A stretch of DNA of 64,000 nt from an uncultured Planctomycetota bacterium (GTDB lineage: Bacteria > Planctomycetota > Planctomycetia > Isosphaerales > Isosphaeraceae), in the NCBI GenBank assembly GCA_963823665.1, contig CAWGMQ010000005.1:480001-544000 (forward strand), in the 5' to 3' direction. The notes under the pieces were generated by a model, which worked only from the letters and a program-made list of their open reading frames with translations, did no database searches and was not told where the DNA came from. Position numbers and translations under genes: made by a program. Shown here piece after piece: positions 33,901 through 43,737 of the stretch (position 1 is its first letter; every line of letters begins with the position of its first letter).

Positions 33901-36146
33901 CTCGTGGCTGGACGCTGTCCGATTCTGCAACGCCTTGAGCAAAAGAGATGGTTTCGCGCCCTATTACAGAGTCGACGGCGAGAAGGTCGAGATTCCGGAC
34001 CGGAAAGGCTCCGGCTACCGGCTGCCCACCGAGGCGGAATGGGAATATGCTTGCCGGGGAGGCAAGACGACCAGGTTCTCGTTCGGCAACGACGCCCCGG
34101 CCGTGGTCGAATACGGATGGCTCGGCGGGAACTCGGGTGGCAGCCCTCATCCCGTCGCCCAGAAGCGACCTAACGACCTCGGGTTGTATGATATGCATGG
34201 GAACGTCTGGGAGTGGTGCTCCGACGGTTGGGACGAGGATTATTACAAAAAGGCGCCCGAAGATGACCCGACTGGAGCCTCCGGCGCTCCGAACCGCGTG
34301 TTTCGTGGGGGCAGTTGGGACTCGGAGCCCCGCGAATGCAGATCAGCGAATCGTTATCGGTTCGCACCCGAGAACAAGAGTTACTTCCTGGGCTTCCGTG
34401 TGGCTCTCAACCTGCGCGACGAGAACCAAGGATCTGTCAGGAAAAGTGACGCCCGCACTACCGTTGCCGAAGGAATCGAAAACCTCACAGCCGTTAGGCG
34501 AGACGAGAGATGCCGGCGCGCTAACCCTGCCACCAGCTGTTAAGCCGCCGCCGGTGTCGACCAACACGATCGATATGAAGCTCGCCCTGATCCCCGCTGG
34601 CGAGTTCATGATGGGTTCGCCCGATGTCAACTCTCCTCCGGAGGAGCTGCCCGAGCACAAGGTGCGAATCAGCACGCCGTTTTTCCTTTGCGTCACCGAG
34701 GTGACACAGGCGCAATACGAGGCAGTGATCGGGAAAAACCCGAGCTTTTTCTCGCCGACGGGCGACGGAAAGGACGTCGTCGCCGGCCAGCCGACCGGTG
34801 AGTATCCGGTCGAGCAAGTCTCATGGCTTGATGCAATCGCATTCTCCAACGCGTTGAGCAGGAAAGAGGGTCTAGCTCCCTATTACCTCGTCAACGGCGA
34901 AGACGTGAGAATTCCGGACCGGAAAGGGCCCGGTTACCGGCTGCCGACCGAGGCGGAGTGGGAATATGCTTGCCGGGCGGGAAGGTCGGGGAAGTTCCCC
35001 CCTGGCGACCCGATGATTGAATATGGTTGGTTTCGAGCAAACTCAAACGGCAGCACTCACCCGGTCGGCAAAAAGCGTCCCAACGAGTTTGGGCTGTACG
35101 ATATGCACGCGAACGTCTTTGAGTGGTGCTACGACGGGTTCGCATTTGACTATTACCAGCGGTCGCCGGTGGACGACCCGCAGGGACCAGATCGAATGTC
35201 GACCAGAGTCGCACGAGGGAGCGGCTGGCGCAGCCCGCAGCGAAAGACGTGGTGGACACGATTCGAGGGGAGGGACCCCCACCAACGGCACTTCGTCTTG
35301 GGCTTCCGGGTGGCCCGGACTCAGTCCGCAATCCCCGTCAGTGACAGGGCTCCGGAGCCAAGCGCCGTAGCCGCAAAGTTACTCGGCGAAACGGCGAGTC
35401 AGCCGCCTGCAACTCCATACGTGAAGGGCTCTCCAGAAGAGAAGCTCAACACTCGCGGTCTTTCGCGAGCAGGCGCGTACTTCGTCCTCGCATCGGAAAC
35501 CGAAATCCTCGAAAAGTTCGAGAAAGTCAGACCGCTTATCGCCACTATGGCGCAGCCCTTCAACATGTTCGCGCAGGCCCTGCGCAACGCGATGCTGCTG
35601 GCCGATGCGGAGGCGACCTACATCGAGATGAAGGCCCGGGTCGACGAGGCCAACGCGGTGTTCTCAAAGATGCCGAATGGGGCGAGGGCCAATTCTCAGG
35701 AGAAGCTGGATTATCAGGCGGCCCAGGCGTTCCGAGACGAACTTACCCAGGAACGCGACAACGCCTCGCGCACGGTCGAGGCGATCCGGGCCCAGCAAAT
35801 CCCGGCCGGGCGCAAGGACGAGCTCGTGAAGGACTTCAAGGCAAAGTGGTCCGACTTTCTCAGGGCGACCGATGAGCTCACGCCGTTGATCGACATCGCG
35901 CTGGGCGAATATCGAAAACTACGGTCCGATCCCTCCGTGACGAATGCTCTGGCCGCGTTAAGCCGCTCGACAAAAGCGGCGGAACACCTCGGGCCCTCGA
36001 AGAATCTTCAGAAAGCTCTCGAAACGATCAAGGAAGCCAAGAGGGCTTACGCGCCCGAGACCGCCGCACCGAAGAAGAAAACGCGTCCCGCGAAAATGAC
36101 CCCGACTGCCCCACCGAAAAACAAGGGGCAGGCGACCAAGCATTGA
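30940..36146 (+). CDS. Membrane Ser/Thr kinase (HxxxCxxC N-terminus) fused to three FGE-sulfatase-fold domains and a coiled-coil tail; frameshifts ~32325 and ~34445
   Basis: HLQECSDC, HRDIKPGN, DFGLAK, GTPDFIAPE; TM at the frameshift; three copies of GEF.MGS..TEVTQAQY..GYRLPTEAEWEYACR..GFRV. Confidence 0.85.
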
Positions 36147-36227
36147 GAGAAGGTCCGAATTGCGGAGATTGCGCGTCAAAGCGATGTCGCCGGCATTCCA
36201 ACCTCAATCAAGAAGGAACCACAAAGC

Positions 36228-37190
36228 ATGTCACAAACTCCAAGACCGGCACCCCCCCGCCCGCCGGAAGAACATTCCGGCACCTTGATCGAGCCGGTTC
36301 CTCAGACGCCGGGGCGAAATTCCGTCGCGCATCAGCCAATCGAGCGCGCCGGCACCGTGCTCGAGACCGATGACGAGATACGACACGCGCTGCTCGCCAG
36401 TCACAAGGCTCGGCAGCCCGGCCCGGCCGTCTCGATCGAGCCCCTGGCACAGGCGCCTCCCGCCCCCGTTCAACCCCCCGCGCGGGCCGCCGGCGCCTTC
36501 CGCCCGACCATCCGCCCCCCCATCGCCCTGCTCACTATATTTGACGACGGCAAGACCGACGGCGAGGTCATCCGCATTCGCGACCATCGGTTCATTATCG
36601 GCCGCACGGAAGGAGACCTGACCATCCCGATGGACGGCCGGATCTCGGCACGCCACGTCGAGATCACCCATCAAGTGGTCGGCGGGATTCACCGCTGGGT
36701 TGTCACCGACCTGCAAAGCACTCACGGCCTTTACGTCCGCGTGAGCAAGACCCTGCTCGCCGACAAGGCAGAATTCCTGGTCGGCAACGGCCGTTACCGG
36801 TTTGATGCCGCCCACACCACTGCCGAGCAGACACTCGACGAGCTCCCGAAGGAAGGTCGGTTCAGCCAGACCGAAGGCTGGTCCGAGGGAACAAGCCCAT
36901 TCCGCCCCGCGGCTGTCACCGAGCTGCTCGGCCCCGATTCCGGCAACCGAATGCTACTCACCAAGAACGAATACTGGATCGGCTCGGACCCGGCTTGCCC
37001 CCTCTGCCGGCCCGATGACCCATTCTGCGAGCCGCGACACGTGCGGCTCTATCGGAAAGACAAGGGATCCTGGCACGCAGAGCACAACAAAACCATCAAC
37101 GGTCTCTGGCTGCGAATGCCCCAGATCACGGTCGAGTCAATGGCGCAGTTCCAAATTGGTGAGCAGCGGTTTCAGCTCAGGGTCAAGTGA
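36228..37190 (+). CDS. Tandem FHA-domain protein
   Basis: FIIGRTEG..ISARHVEI..DLQSTHG and a degenerate second FHA (WIGSD..EPRH..TING). Confidence 0.85.
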   Translation: MSQTPRPAPPRPPEEHSGTLIEPVPQTPGRNSVAHQPIERAGTVLETDDEIRHALLASHKARQPGPAVSIEPLAQAPPAPVQPPARAAGAFRPTIRPPIALLTIFDDGKTDGEVIRIRDHRFIIGRTEGDLTIPMDGRISARHVEITHQVVGGIHRWVVTDLQSTHGLYVRVSKTLLADKAEFLVGNGRYRFDAAHTTAEQTLDELPKEGRFSQTEGWSEGTSPFRPAAVTELLGPDSGNRMLLTKNEYWIGSDPACPLCRPDDPFCEPRHVRLYRKDKGSWHAEHNKTINGLWLRMPQITVESMAQFQIGEQRFQLRVK

Positions 37191-37197
37191 GGATGTC

Positions 37198-38220
37198 ATG
37201 TCACGAGAATCAATGACGCTTCGATGGAGCTCGCCCATGATGCGAACATTCTCGGTCGCGATGCTTGCCTTGGTCTTCTCGGCCGCGACCACGCGCGCAC
37301 AGTACCCTTTCATCGGTGCGGCCTCGACACCCGAGGGCGATTACCTGAGAGGTGTTGGAGTCGCAGCCGCTGGCCTCGGTCTTTACAACGAGCGAACGGC
37401 CGTTGCAGACCAGATCAACACCCAAACGTTCATGATGCTGAACGACTACATGCTGAATCTCGCCAAGAACGAGAGCCTGGAATACGCCGCGCAACGCAGT
37501 GCCGAGCGGGCAAAGAACGCCGAAAACTACAGAAAGATCGAGGATCGCATTCACAACAATCCTGAAGCGATCGACGTGCTCAATGCCAGCGCGCTCAACG
37601 CCAAGCTGTGGGAATTGCTCGACCCCAAGGTTTCCGATTCCGCTTCCCGCTTCGCCAACGTGCCGCTCGACCCAGACATCATCCGGTGCATCCCCTTCAG
37701 GCTTCCCAAGAAAGGAGACACATTCTCGATGAACCGGCTCTTGCTCAAAGGCGACAACTGGGTTGTGGCTTTTCGCGTTCCGAGTTTTGCCGCGCTCCGT
37801 CGCGCATATGAGCACGCGGTCGACAATGCTCTGGAGCTCGCACTCGACGGGAAATGGAAGGACAGCGCGATCGTAGATATTGAGAATGCTGTCAAGGACC
37901 TCGAGGACAAGGTGCGATCGTCGCCCCACTTGTCCGCGCCGGAACACCTGAGGGAGGCCAACGAAGCCCGCGAACAGCTCAAGCACCTTGGCCGGACGGC
38001 TCGGCTTTTCCAAACGGTCGAGATTCAGCGAGTGCTCGCAGAAATCGACAGCTACAACGGGACGACGGTCGACGATTTCCGGCGCTTCATGCTACGGCAC
38101 AATCTCACTTTTGCCAGCGCCGATTCGCCCGACGAGAGGACTATCTATCCAAAGCTTTACACGGCCCTCCTGGAACATCGCAACAAGCTCATTGTCGAGG
38201 TCAAGGATCCGGGGAAATGA
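37198..38220 (+). CDS. Secreted hypothetical alpha-helical protein
   Basis: Signal peptide ending ATTRA; ASTPEGDYLRGVG motif; tightly spaced in operon. Confidence 0.7.
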   Translation: MSRESMTLRWSSPMMRTFSVAMLALVFSAATTRAQYPFIGAASTPEGDYLRGVGVAAAGLGLYNERTAVADQINTQTFMMLNDYMLNLAKNESLEYAAQRSAERAKNAENYRKIEDRIHNNPEAIDVLNASALNAKLWELLDPKVSDSASRFANVPLDPDIIRCIPFRLPKKGDTFSMNRLLLKGDNWVVAFRVPSFAALRRAYEHAVDNALELALDGKWKDSAIVDIENAVKDLEDKVRSSPHLSAPEHLREANEAREQLKHLGRTARLFQTVEIQRVLAEIDSYNGTTVDDFRRFMLRHNLTFASADSPDERTIYPKLYTALLEHRNKLIVEVKDPGK

Positions 38221-38239
38221 CACGTCCGGGAGTTCAGCC

Positions 38240-39400
38240 GTGTTGATCCGACCCACTATTGTCGGTGTTTTGCTCAGCGCGTTCGTGGCCGGCTCGGCAT
38301 GGCTCGTCCACCGCCGGGGTCAGGCGTATCGCGAATCACTGGCAATGGCCAGGCGTCCGCGCACCGCCGCGGGCAACGCGGCGAGGCCCGATTCCGGGAT
38401 AGCCTCCTCGAAACCGGCGCACGCCGACCCGAAGCCAGAGGCTCCGCCAACTGCGGCGGCGAAGCCGGCACAAACGGCCGAGGCATCGTCGGCCCCGGCA
38501 CAACAGACGGACCAGACCGCATCGCACACATCGACCGCCGCTGCCGTCCCGGCTGCCGCTGTCCCAGCGGTCCCGGCGCGACAAGAGACGTCGTCCGGCC
38601 CGCCGCCATCGGTGCCCGCATCGCCGCCCCCCGCTGACAAGAACGTTGCCATGTCCGCGTCGCAATGGAAAAGCGACAAGTTCTGGAGTCAGGATGCGCT
38701 GGTCAAGCAGTGGCCCCTGGACGATCTGACGACCGAACACGAACAGCAGCTTGGCGCGGAGTTGAACAGCCTCATATTAAAGTTCAACCCGCTGGATTCA
38801 GGGTCCGGCCTGAGGCGCGTCAAGGAAGTGGCCGAGCCGCTGCTCGCCCGGCTGGCGCTCAAAGGCGCTCGATACCAGTTCTTTGTTCTCGATTCGGAAG
38901 TACCCAATGTGTTTTCACACCCCGGCCGGTACGTGTACTTCAGTCGTAAGCTGCTCGAGCTAATTCCGGAGGAAGAGCCGAACTTGCTGGAGTTCGCACT
39001 CCTGCACGAGATCGCTCATGTCGAGCTTCGGCATGCAATCAACTGTCTGAAAGACAAGCGCGTCCGACAGCTCGGTGACGGCACGCTCCAGAAGATGTAT
39101 TTCTTGATCATCCCATTCGGGTATCCCGACAATCTCGAGCTCGCCGCCGATGCCTGGGTGTACCGGCAAATGGCGCAGTTCGGCCGTTCCGAACACGACC
39201 GTCTGAAGTATCTCCGAATACTCGACCGTTACGCCAAGGACCACGGGTTTGAGCACGGTCGCGCCAAGCCCCAGGACCTCGCGAGCGATAAGCGTGCCGG
39301 GCCCGAAACGGCGAGCGGGTTCTCGCCCGTGGAGAATCACCTGCGCTCGCATCCCGCTGCTTACGACCGCATCAGGCACTTGAAGCAACTGACGAAATAG
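38240..39400 (+). CDS. Membrane-anchored M48-family zinc metalloprotease
   Basis: N-terminal TM, Pro/Ala linker, PNVFSHPG, HEIAH, ELAAD, LRSHP. Confidence 0.82.
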   Translation: MLIRPTIVGVLLSAFVAGSAWLVHRRGQAYRESLAMARRPRTAAGNAARPDSGIASSKPAHADPKPEAPPTAAAKPAQTAEASSAPAQQTDQTASHTSTAAAVPAAAVPAVPARQETSSGPPPSVPASPPPADKNVAMSASQWKSDKFWSQDALVKQWPLDDLTTEHEQQLGAELNSLILKFNPLDSGSGLRRVKEVAEPLLARLALKGARYQFFVLDSEVPNVFSHPGRYVYFSRKLLELIPEEEPNLLEFALLHEIAHVELRHAINCLKDKRVRQLGDGTLQKMYFLIIPFGYPDNLELAADAWVYRQMAQFGRSEHDRLKYLRILDRYAKDHGFEHGRAKPQDLASDKRAGPETASGFSPVENHLRSHPAAYDRIRHLKQLTK

Positions 39401-40775
39401 CACGCCTCGATGTCGCGAACAGGAACGCGGCCAGCGACGAGAGGCTGATCAGCATGGCCCCAAGAGCCAGCGAGTCGGCCTCCGGGCCCATCCGTTCACC
39501 CTGCGCCGTGAAAAACGGCTCGACCATGTCGCTCGGCGCAGATTGCGCCCCGTCCGGCAGCGACGGCTGCATGCGTGCGTCGGCCTCGAGCTCCAGCAAC
39601 GCCTCGAACGCCCATCGCGTGGGCATGAGCGCGGACGAGACTTGAAGGACCTGGTTCGCTCCGGCCAGTGGCCAAATCCACCCACCGGCCGCGACCATCA
39701 CCGCAAAGGCGAGCACAAGCGCGCCCGCAGCCCACGTCCGATTCGGGGCGGCTCGAAACGCGAACAGCCCGAGCGACAGGCCGACTGCCGACGCCAGGAC
39801 GAGTATTCCGAGCATAGCCAGCCAGGCTCCCTTCAATCCGCTTCCCGCATGGACGATCAACAGCAAGACGAAGCACTGCGCGACACACAACGCTGCGAGC
39901 ACGAGGAGATTCGCGCCGAGGGAAGCGGGATGCGTTGCGGTCGACGAGTCGCCTCTGGCCGTCAATCTTCCAGAAGCCGCCGGCCAAGCGGCGAGCGTGC
40001 CACCGAGCCAGATCGCCGCCAGGCTGAGCGCAAAAGCCACGTCCGCAATCGCTCCGCCGACGATGGTCCAGTTGTCACTGGTGATCGCCTCGGCGGGGCG
40101 ACGGCCCGAAGCGATGACGATCACCACGGCGATGATCGGAGACTGCGCCAGCAACGCCAAAAGCGAGAAGTCGATCGCGCGCCGTGACGTGCCAGCGTGC
40201 GTCACCACTTGCGTGGCGGCCGGCTCTGGGTCTACAACCGGCGGAGTAAAGGGGACTTCTCTAACAGGCGGAATCTGCGCGTTCAAGAGCCGCGCTGCCG
40301 GCACCGTGAGCGATCCGAACGAGACGATGTCCGTTTCCGCCAGCGGTATCGCGTTAGTGGCCTTCCGGTCCGGCGTGTTGACGAAGGTTCCATTGGAGGA
40401 ACCGAGGTCTTCGATCAAAACTTGAGACCCTGAGATGATAAGCCGGGCGTGGTGAGTCGAGATCCTCGGGTCGTCGAGGACGATGTCATTGTCAGCGCTC
40501 CGGCCAATGCGGACGACTCGCGCGCCGGGCGAGGCGGCAACCATCGTCCAGGGCATGGGCACGGTTGCTCCCAGTGTGATCACATCGTCAGCCGTGACGC
40601 GCGTTTCGGCCGTGATTCGCGTGCCGTTGACATAGGTTCCATTCGACGCGCCGAGGTCGCGGAGCAGATAACCGCCATCGCCCGTTTCCGTGAGCCGGCA
40701 GTGGCGGCCCGATACGGTTGCTCGCGCGACGACGACGTCGCATTCGGCGCCGCTCCCGATGATCCAGGTTCGCAT
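39372..40775 (-). CDS. Double FHA domain + ABC-2-type permease domain (no ATPase)
   Basis: IGSG..VSGRH..DLGASNGT; IGRSADND..ISTHH..DLGSSNGT; LLAQSPII, ~6 TM, MPTRWAFEAL. Confidence 0.8.
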   Translation of the reverse strand: MRTWIIGSGAECDVVVARATVSGRHCRLTETGDGGYLLRDLGASNGTYVNGTRITAETRVTADDVITLGATVPMPWTMVAASPGARVVRIGRSADNDIVLDDPRISTHHARLIISGSQVLIEDLGSSNGTFVNTPDRKATNAIPLAETDIVSFGSLTVPAARLLNAQIPPVREVPFTPPVVDPEPAATQVVTHAGTSRRAIDFSLLALLAQSPIIAVVIVIASGRRPAEAITSDNWTIVGGAIADVAFALSLAAIWLGGTLAAWPAASGRLTARGDSSTATHPASLGANLLVLAALCVAQCFVLLLIVHAGSGLKGAWLAMLGILVLASAVGLSLGLFAFRAAPNRTWAAGALVLAFAVMVAAGGWIWPLAGANQVLQVSSALMPTRWAFEALLELEADARMQPSLPDGAQSAPSDMVEPFFTAQGERMGPEADSLALGAMLISLSSLAAFLFATSRRAISSVASSA

Positions 40776-40973
40776 GAGTCGCCCCTTGAGCAGAGACTAC
40801 GCCCTCTTGACCCAGTGCGCGACAGCGTACCCCATTATCGAGAACTGCGCCCGACGCGCGTTCTTCCTCAGCGATTGGCCGCTCCAATCCCCCTGAAATC
40901 AGGCTTTCGTGAACAGCGACGGCGGCGAAGACCGCCAACCGCTGTCCGTTCGCCGCCGGCGCCGGTTTGGTAC

Positions 40974-41459
40974 TCACGACCCGGCGATCTGGGCGGTGAT
41001 GCCGTCGCTGTCGGGGAAATAGAGCCGGTCGCCCTCGCGCCGGGGTTTGAGACCGGCGGCCTTGAGCTTCTCTTCGGCCTTGTCGGCATTGTAATCGCGG
41101 ATGGTGTAGCAATAATGGTTCAGGCCCGGCTTCTCGCCACGGAAGAGCGTCAGGAAAAAGTCTTTATCGCCGCCGCCCAGGAAGCAGTTCTCTTCGCCGC
41201 TCTCTCTGAGGACCTTGAGCCCCAGGTGCTTGATGTACCAGTCACGCGCTTTCGGGACACTGGCAACGTCCAGGGCGATGTGATTCAGCCCGGTCGCCTG
41301 GAAGGTCGGCGCCGGTGTATCGCCCTGGCCGGCTTCCGCCGCACGCGCAGTCGCCGCCAATGCGGCTCCAAGCCCTATCAAGTGGGCTGCGAGCTGCCGG
41401 CGCGACATCAAGCCACGCTCGAAGTCCTCGATGAGTCTTTCGGCGATGTCGGATTTCAT
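40974..41459 (-). CDS. VOC/glyoxalase-family protein with Tat-like signal
   Basis: SRRQLAAHL..ARA; LNHIALDV, LNHYCY, LYFPDSDG. Confidence 0.85.
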   Translation of the reverse strand: MKSDIAERLIEDFERGLMSRRQLAAHLIGLGAALAATARAAEAGQGDTPAPTFQATGLNHIALDVASVPKARDWYIKHLGLKVLRESGEENCFLGGGDKDFFLTLFRGEKPGLNHYCYTIRDYNADKAEEKLKAAGLKPRREGDRLYFPDSDGITAQIAGS

Positions 41460-41717
41460 GATGAGCCTCGTCTGGTTGACGGTGCGAAAGCCGAGACACG
41501 ACGCAGCACTCCCATCATGCCACCTCCACAAGGGACGTGCCACATGCGAGGTCGTGCGGATTGGAACAGAAGATCGCGAAGGGAAGTGTCGTTTCAACTA
41601 ACAGGAACGCTTCTGGCTGCGATAACTTGACCCTGTGAGTGCTCGGTGCCGAACTCGTCGCATTTCCGGACGCCTTGTTGGTTACAATCAGGCCAATAGG
41701 ACGACCTGGATTCATGA

Positions 41718-42332
41718 GTGTCGGCAGCACCGCACGGTAAGATTACGCTTATGCTAGGTGACAGAAGGCTCCAGATTTTGGTGGTGGCCCATGTCGCTCT
41801 CGGGGTCGTTACCAGCGTCTTGGCACGCATCCAACTCCGAACGCCGTTCGGGCTGGGGCACATTCCCGTCGTGCCTTTCATCGCCTCGGCTCTCTGCCAA
41901 GCGCTCCTGCTCTCCCTGTGGGGGGCGGTTTCCGAGGCGAGACCGTGGATGCGGCTGGCTGGGCTGGTCGCTGGGGCGCCGAGTCTGGAAGCACCGGTCC
42001 CCTCCGACGGGAGACGGGGGGTCTTGGGCATCAGCACCATCACGATCATTGTGACCACGGCGTCCTTGCTCGTGGTGCGGTGGTTCGGGGTCAGATTTGC
42101 ACGACAGGACGCCCCCGGTCAGTCTGCAAGACAAGAGCCCGAAGGTCTGAGGTTCACGATTCGGGGCCTGATGACCTTTACGGCCGCCGTCGCCGTGATC
42201 TGCGCCGGGGCGAGGGCCTTGGAAGGAGCTCGGAGTCTTTTCCTGTTCATACTCGTCTGGGCGCTGTGTTTCGTTGGTGTCCTCGGCGTCAGACCTATTT
42301 TCAGGTTAATTCGTCCAGCAGCCATCCGCTGA
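41718..42332 (+). CDS. Hypothetical multi-pass membrane protein
   Basis: Several TM segments; LRFTIRGLM motif. Confidence 0.55.
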   Translation: MSAAPHGKITLMLGDRRLQILVVAHVALGVVTSVLARIQLRTPFGLGHIPVVPFIASALCQALLLSLWGAVSEARPWMRLAGLVAGAPSLEAPVPSDGRRGVLGISTITIIVTTASLLVVRWFGVRFARQDAPGQSARQEPEGLRFTIRGLMTFTAAVAVICAGARALEGARSLFLFILVWALCFVGVLGVRPIFRLIRPAAIR

Positions 42333-42535
42333 AAGAACAGGACATACATTGCATTCTCGACGCGCGGCCTCAGTTCAGGCAACTCCGGCCGATCACGCCA
42401 GGAGTTCCACCCACGACGATGGCCCGCGTCCGTGTCAACGACCCTGCCGTATATCGCGGTGGCATTTCCCCTCTGAACGCTCGAGGTTCGTTGACCTTCT
42501 CACGTTCGAGCCCATCTTTCTAGGCCGACCTTCAT

Positions 42536-42736
42536 TCATGGAATAGAAAAGTACCCCACCAGATCGACTCCAGTACCATCCATTTCCATCCGGAGCTTGT
42601 TGTCTGTCAGGAAATTCATCCCCAACACAGCGGCCAGCTCGAGATGCGGATGCTGTGATCGCTGGCTCGCAAACTTCGCCACTACAGGAAACGGGCGGCT
42701 TGCTTTTATGCCCGTCCGATTATCAACGAGCTGCAA
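42536..42736 (-). pseudogene. Possible C-terminal fragment of a retropepsin-like aspartyl protease
   Basis: AVLGMNFL motif; no DTG motif visible; downstream of DUF5678-like gene. Confidence 0.35.
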
Positions 42737-42786
42737 ACGATATCCGGCATGCCTCGAGGATGCCTCGCGAGCAAAACCCCCGCTTC

Positions 42787-43101
42787 TTAGCGGGGCATGT
42801 CCAAGAGTGGGTCGACAACGCCCACCAAGGGGAGCTCCTCCGCGGGACGCCCCGTATTTTGTGCCGCTTCAGCGAGGACCAGCGCTGCGTCATTGCCATG
42901 GGCAACAATCTTGCGCTCATAGGGCACGACGAATTCGCCGAGATACCGAACCGACACGTCAGGATCCTGGCGCGCCCAGCGGGCATCTTCCAATCGCTGG
43001 AACTCTTTGGGCTCAAGGGGAAGCATAGTAATTCGAGTGCGCAGCAGCGCTTGCTTCGTCATTTCTAGAGAACAGGCATCTACCGGAAGCTTAGGTTGCA
43101 T
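42787..43101 (-). CDS. Small DUF5678-like hypothetical protein
   Basis: RYLGEFVVPYERKIVAHG.D pattern; AAGGAGG RBS before ATG at 43101. Confidence 0.55.
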   Translation of the reverse strand: MQPKLPVDACSLEMTKQALLRTRITMLPLEPKEFQRLEDARWARQDPDVSVRYLGEFVVPYERKIVAHGNDAALVLAEAAQNTGRPAEELPLVGVVDPLLDMPR

Positions 43102-43737
43102 TGGCCCCTCCTTGGGCGAGTGGTGATTCCCTGCGGTTCCATTTACACCGTTGGTAGGCCAATTCTCGTTCGCAGGGCATTCAGAGACATTGTCGTCATT
43201 GGCCCGCGGCGTCCGCTCGCCCATCATCATGTAACCATCCTCCTTGAGAGGAGCGGATACGAAAAGATTTGCTCTCTTTCCATTGTCTGCACGCCCCGCG
43301 CCAAAACACAAGTGAAAGTGAAGATTTTGTGAAGGACAGGCGAATCAGCCGTTTAGTCTAGACACAGTGGTGAGCGCCTGCAACGAAAAAGATCAGAGCA
43401 GTACCCCGCAGGCCTGCTGACGCCCGCGCAAATGCGGCAGCCGTTTTCACCCCTCGTTTTCGGTCGATCGCCGAAAAACAAAGACAAGCATTGCAATGCT
43501 GACGCGCACGCGCGGATTGGGTGAACTCTGCCAACCACACCAGGAGACCCGAGCGTGGCGATTGCTCGTGCGCATTTCAGCCCTTGGCGCCTCCTGTTGC
43601 GGGCACGTCCCGCACCCTCGCCCGACGGCACCGACCGCTCCTCACCAACGCTTCCCTTCCACCCCGCGCCCCGTTTATCATGACCAATCACCCCCGCGTT
43701 CCGCCCGCTCCCGCGGCGGCCGGAGGCGCCCGGAGCC

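Noticed and set aside
32690..35320. Complete diversity-generating retroelement
   Set aside because: No reverse transcriptase, Avd or template repeat; inter-copy differences are not adenine-specific
41527..41542. Sigma54 promoter upstream of the VOC gene (TGGCACGTCCCTTGTG)
   Set aside because: The -12 element is GT rather than GC; plausible but not supported enough
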